A stretch of DNA of 62,263 nucleotides, the filler included. It is 3 parts of 3 records of this genome, joined end to end, with 100 filler letters (N's around TTAATTAATTAA, not from the genome) between each part and the next. Parts side by side here need not be neighbours in the genome. Positions count along the whole stretch, not along the records: positions 49,613 to 62,263 come from DRR723986_4009; 2 more parts are not named here. The stretch is one strand, 5' to 3'. Position numbers and translations under genes: made by a program. This document shows, piece by piece, positions 60,215 to 62,263 of this stretch. Numbering within the stretch: position 1 is the first letter of the stretch; every line of letters starts with the position of its first letter. The notes beneath the pieces are model-generated. The model searched no databases and was not told the origin of the DNA. It was given only the letters and a program-made list of their open reading frames with translations.

Positions 60215-60278
60215 GGTTGTTGTTTCAGGGGTGCCCGGCAGGGTGCCCCTGAATTGGTTATCTGATCGAGGTTATGTG

Positions 60279-61388
60279 ATGACGGGCGCCGCCGAAAAAG
60301 TCAATCTTCTGGGAATGCCCAAGGCAAAACTGGAGGCGTTTTTTGAAACCCTGGGGGAAAAGCGTTTCCGTGCCCAGCAGGTTCTCCAGTGGATGCATCA
60401 GCGTGGTGTTGATGACTTCGATCAAATGACCAATATGAGCAAGTCGCTGCGCGAACAGCTCAAGGAAGTTGCCGAGATTCGTGGCCCCGAGGTCGTCTAT
60501 GATGAGACATCAAAAGACGGTACCCGGAAATGGGTCATGCGCATGGATAACGGCAACAGCGTTGAAACCGTCCTGATTCCGGATGGCGAGCGTGGAACCC
60601 TCTGCGTGTCCTCGCAAATCGGTTGCAGTCTCGACTGTACCTTCTGCTCCACCGGCAAGCGTGGTTTTAACCGCAATCTGACGGCCGCCGAGATCATTGG
60701 CCAGGTGTGGGTTGCACGACGGGCGTTCATGCCGTTCGATCCCAATGACCGGCCTATCACCAACGTGGTGATGATGGGGATGGGCGAGCCCCTGCTTAAT
60801 TTTGAGAACGTGGTCGATGCCATGAATCTCATGATGGAAGATCTCGCTTACGGCATCTCAAAGCGTCGGGTAACGCTCAGTACATCCGGAGTGGTGCCAG
60901 CACTGGATCGTCTCGGCGAAGTTACCGATGTTTCACTGGCCATCTCACTCCATGCACCTAATGATGAATTGAGAAACCAGTTGGTTCCTCTGAACAAGAA
61001 ATACCCGATTGCCGAACTGCTGGCCGCGACCCGGCGCTACCTTTCACGACTGCCGGACAAGCGCAAGGCCACGATTGAGTACACGGTGATTGAGGGAGTG
61101 AATGATCAACCGGAACATGCCCGGGAGCTGGTGGTGTTGTTAAAAGGGTTGCCCTGCAAGATCAACCTGATTCCGTTCAATCCGTTTCCGGAAAGTGATT
61201 TCCGCCGGCCAAGCATGAACGCAACCCGGAGGTTCCAGACCGTGCTCAACGAGGCCGGTTATGTCACGACGATCCGCACCACCCGCGGAGACGATATCGA
61301 TGCCGCCTGCGGTCAGTTGGTAGGGCGGGTCGAAGACCGGACGCGCAGAAGCCAACGTTATATCGCAGTACAACAGGTCAACCCCTGA
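60279..61388 (+). CDS. rlmN: Dual-specificity RNA methyltransferase RlmN
   Basis: Radical [23 protein letters not shown]. Confidence 0.97.
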   Translation: MTGAAEKVNLLGMPKAKLEAFFETLGEKRFRAQQVLQWMHQRGVDDFDQMTNMSKSLREQLKEVAEIRGPEVVYDETSKDGTRKWVMRMDNGNSVETVLIPDGERGTLCVSSQIGCSLDCTFCSTGKRGFNRNLTAAEIIGQVWVARRAFMPFDPNDRPITNVVMMGMGEPLLNFENVVDAMNLMMEDLAYGISKRRVTLSTSGVVPALDRLGEVTDVSLAISLHAPNDELRNQLVPLNKKYPIAELLAATRRYLSRLPDKRKATIEYTVIEGVNDQPEHARELVVLLKGLPCKINLIPFNPFPESDFRRPSMNATRRFQTVLNEAGYVTTIRTTRGDDIDAACGQLVGRVEDRTRRSQRYIAVQQVNP

Positions 61389-61427
61389 TAACCGTCGGGT
61401 GGAGACAACAGGAGAAGGTGTTTGTTG

Positions 61428-62231
61428 ATGGCAAAGGACGTTACCGTGAAACTCGTTTCCGCTGTGGTTCTGGTTATCGGGGTCATGTTATCGGGCTGTG
61501 TCACCACCACCGATAGCCGGTTCAGCCGTGAAGCCGACCGACAGAAAGCCCTCAACAATTATGTTCAACTGGCGACTGCCTACATTGGTCAGGGGAATCT
61601 GGATCGTGCCCGTGACCACCTGGAGCGGGCGTTAGAAATCGACAGCCGAAGCGCACCGGCACTTGCTGCCCGGGGCCTGGTGCTGAGCGCGGAGGGTGAG
61701 GAAAGCCTGGCGGAAAAAAGCTTCCGGGATGCCATTGCCTCAGATGGAGACTATACCCGCGGCAGAGTGTATTACGGTGCTTTCCTGTATAGCCTCAAAC
61801 GGTTTGAGGAGGCCCGGGACCAGTTCCGGATAGCCTCACGTGATACGGAGTACAAAGACCGGGGAGCCGTTTTTTATAACCTCGGGCTGACAGAAGAACG
61901 GCTTGGGTCGCTGGAATCGGCCGAAGCCGCCTATCGGCGTGCTGTGGAGCTCACGCGGGGCGAGGCCCGCACCCTGTTGTCCCTCTCTCGGGTGCTGGTT
62001 GAGCAGGGTGACTTTTCTCAGGCCTCTCGATACTACAGCCGTCTTCAGACCATGATACAGCGCAACACCCGGTTGACGCATTCACCGGAGAGTCTGTATA
62101 CCGGTATCCGGATTGCCCGGCATTTCCAGGACAGGGATCAGGAAGCCAGCTTGGCACTATTGCTCAGAAACGAGTATCCGGAATCTGTCGAATATCAACA
62201 ATATAAGGTACTGATTGCCAATGACCGGTGA
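61428..62231 (+). CDS. pilW: Type IV pilus biogenesis/stability TPR lipoprotein PilW/PilF
   Basis: Lipobox LSGC, TPR repeats, YGAFL, YPES.E; position after rlmN. Confidence 0.88.
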   Translation: MAKDVTVKLVSAVVLVIGVMLSGCVTTTDSRFSREADRQKALNNYVQLATAYIGQGNLDRARDHLERALEIDSRSAPALAARGLVLSAEGEESLAEKSFRDAIASDGDYTRGRVYYGAFLYSLKRFEEARDQFRIASRDTEYKDRGAVFYNLGLTEERLGSLESAEAAYRRAVELTRGEARTLLSLSRVLVEQGDFSQASRYYSRLQTMIQRNTRLTHSPESLYTGIRIARHFQDRDQEASLALLLRNEYPESVEYQQYKVLIANDR

Positions 62232-62263
62232 GGAGCAGTCACAGCCAGCTTCCGAGGCCTCGG
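62221..62263 (+). CDS. Probable start of RodZ (partial)
   Basis: ATG overlapping the pilW end; inferred from conserved ndk-rlmN-pilW-rodZ synteny only. Confidence 0.4.
   Translation, partial: MTGEEQSQPASEAS

Overview
The window is three contigs joined by two artificial 100-bp linkers (N44-TTAATTAATTAA-N44 at 22438-22537 and 49513-49612), so adjacency across the gaps is not evidence of biology. Contig 1 (1-22437, moderate GC, gammaproteobacterial, Marinobacter-like by inference) has the end of a D-2-hydroxyacid dehydrogenase and a TRAP/ICL-family lyase/TetR/LeuCD-like organic-acid catabolic cluster. A genomic island follows, bounded on the left by a 45-bp 3' fragment of tRNA-Arg(CCG). It carries AlpA, a cpYpsA/SLOG protein, a GNAT-like protein, two orphan MbcA/ParS/Xre antitoxin domains, a TPR-like protein, an int/xis/repressor module with a degenerate HD protein, and a truncated Dcm-like methylase. 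Its most unusual part is a three-gene operon: a small ParB-like/HTH protein plus two translationally coupled giant tyrosine-recombinase-family proteins (790 and ~1077 aa). Contig 2 (22538-49512) is much more GC-rich and Rhodobacteraceae-like, and is probably foreign to the flanking genome. It holds deoR-deoC-ALDH-ribokinase, an lva/ACAD10-11-like cluster, and a large unknown sugar/polyol catabolic operon. Contig 3 (49613-62263) is core genome: partial tRNA-Leu, queA-tgt-yajC-secDF, a suhB with eroded catalytic motifs, trmJ-cysE-iscR-iscS, ndk, rlmN and pilW. All calls come from motif recognition by eye; no database searches were run.
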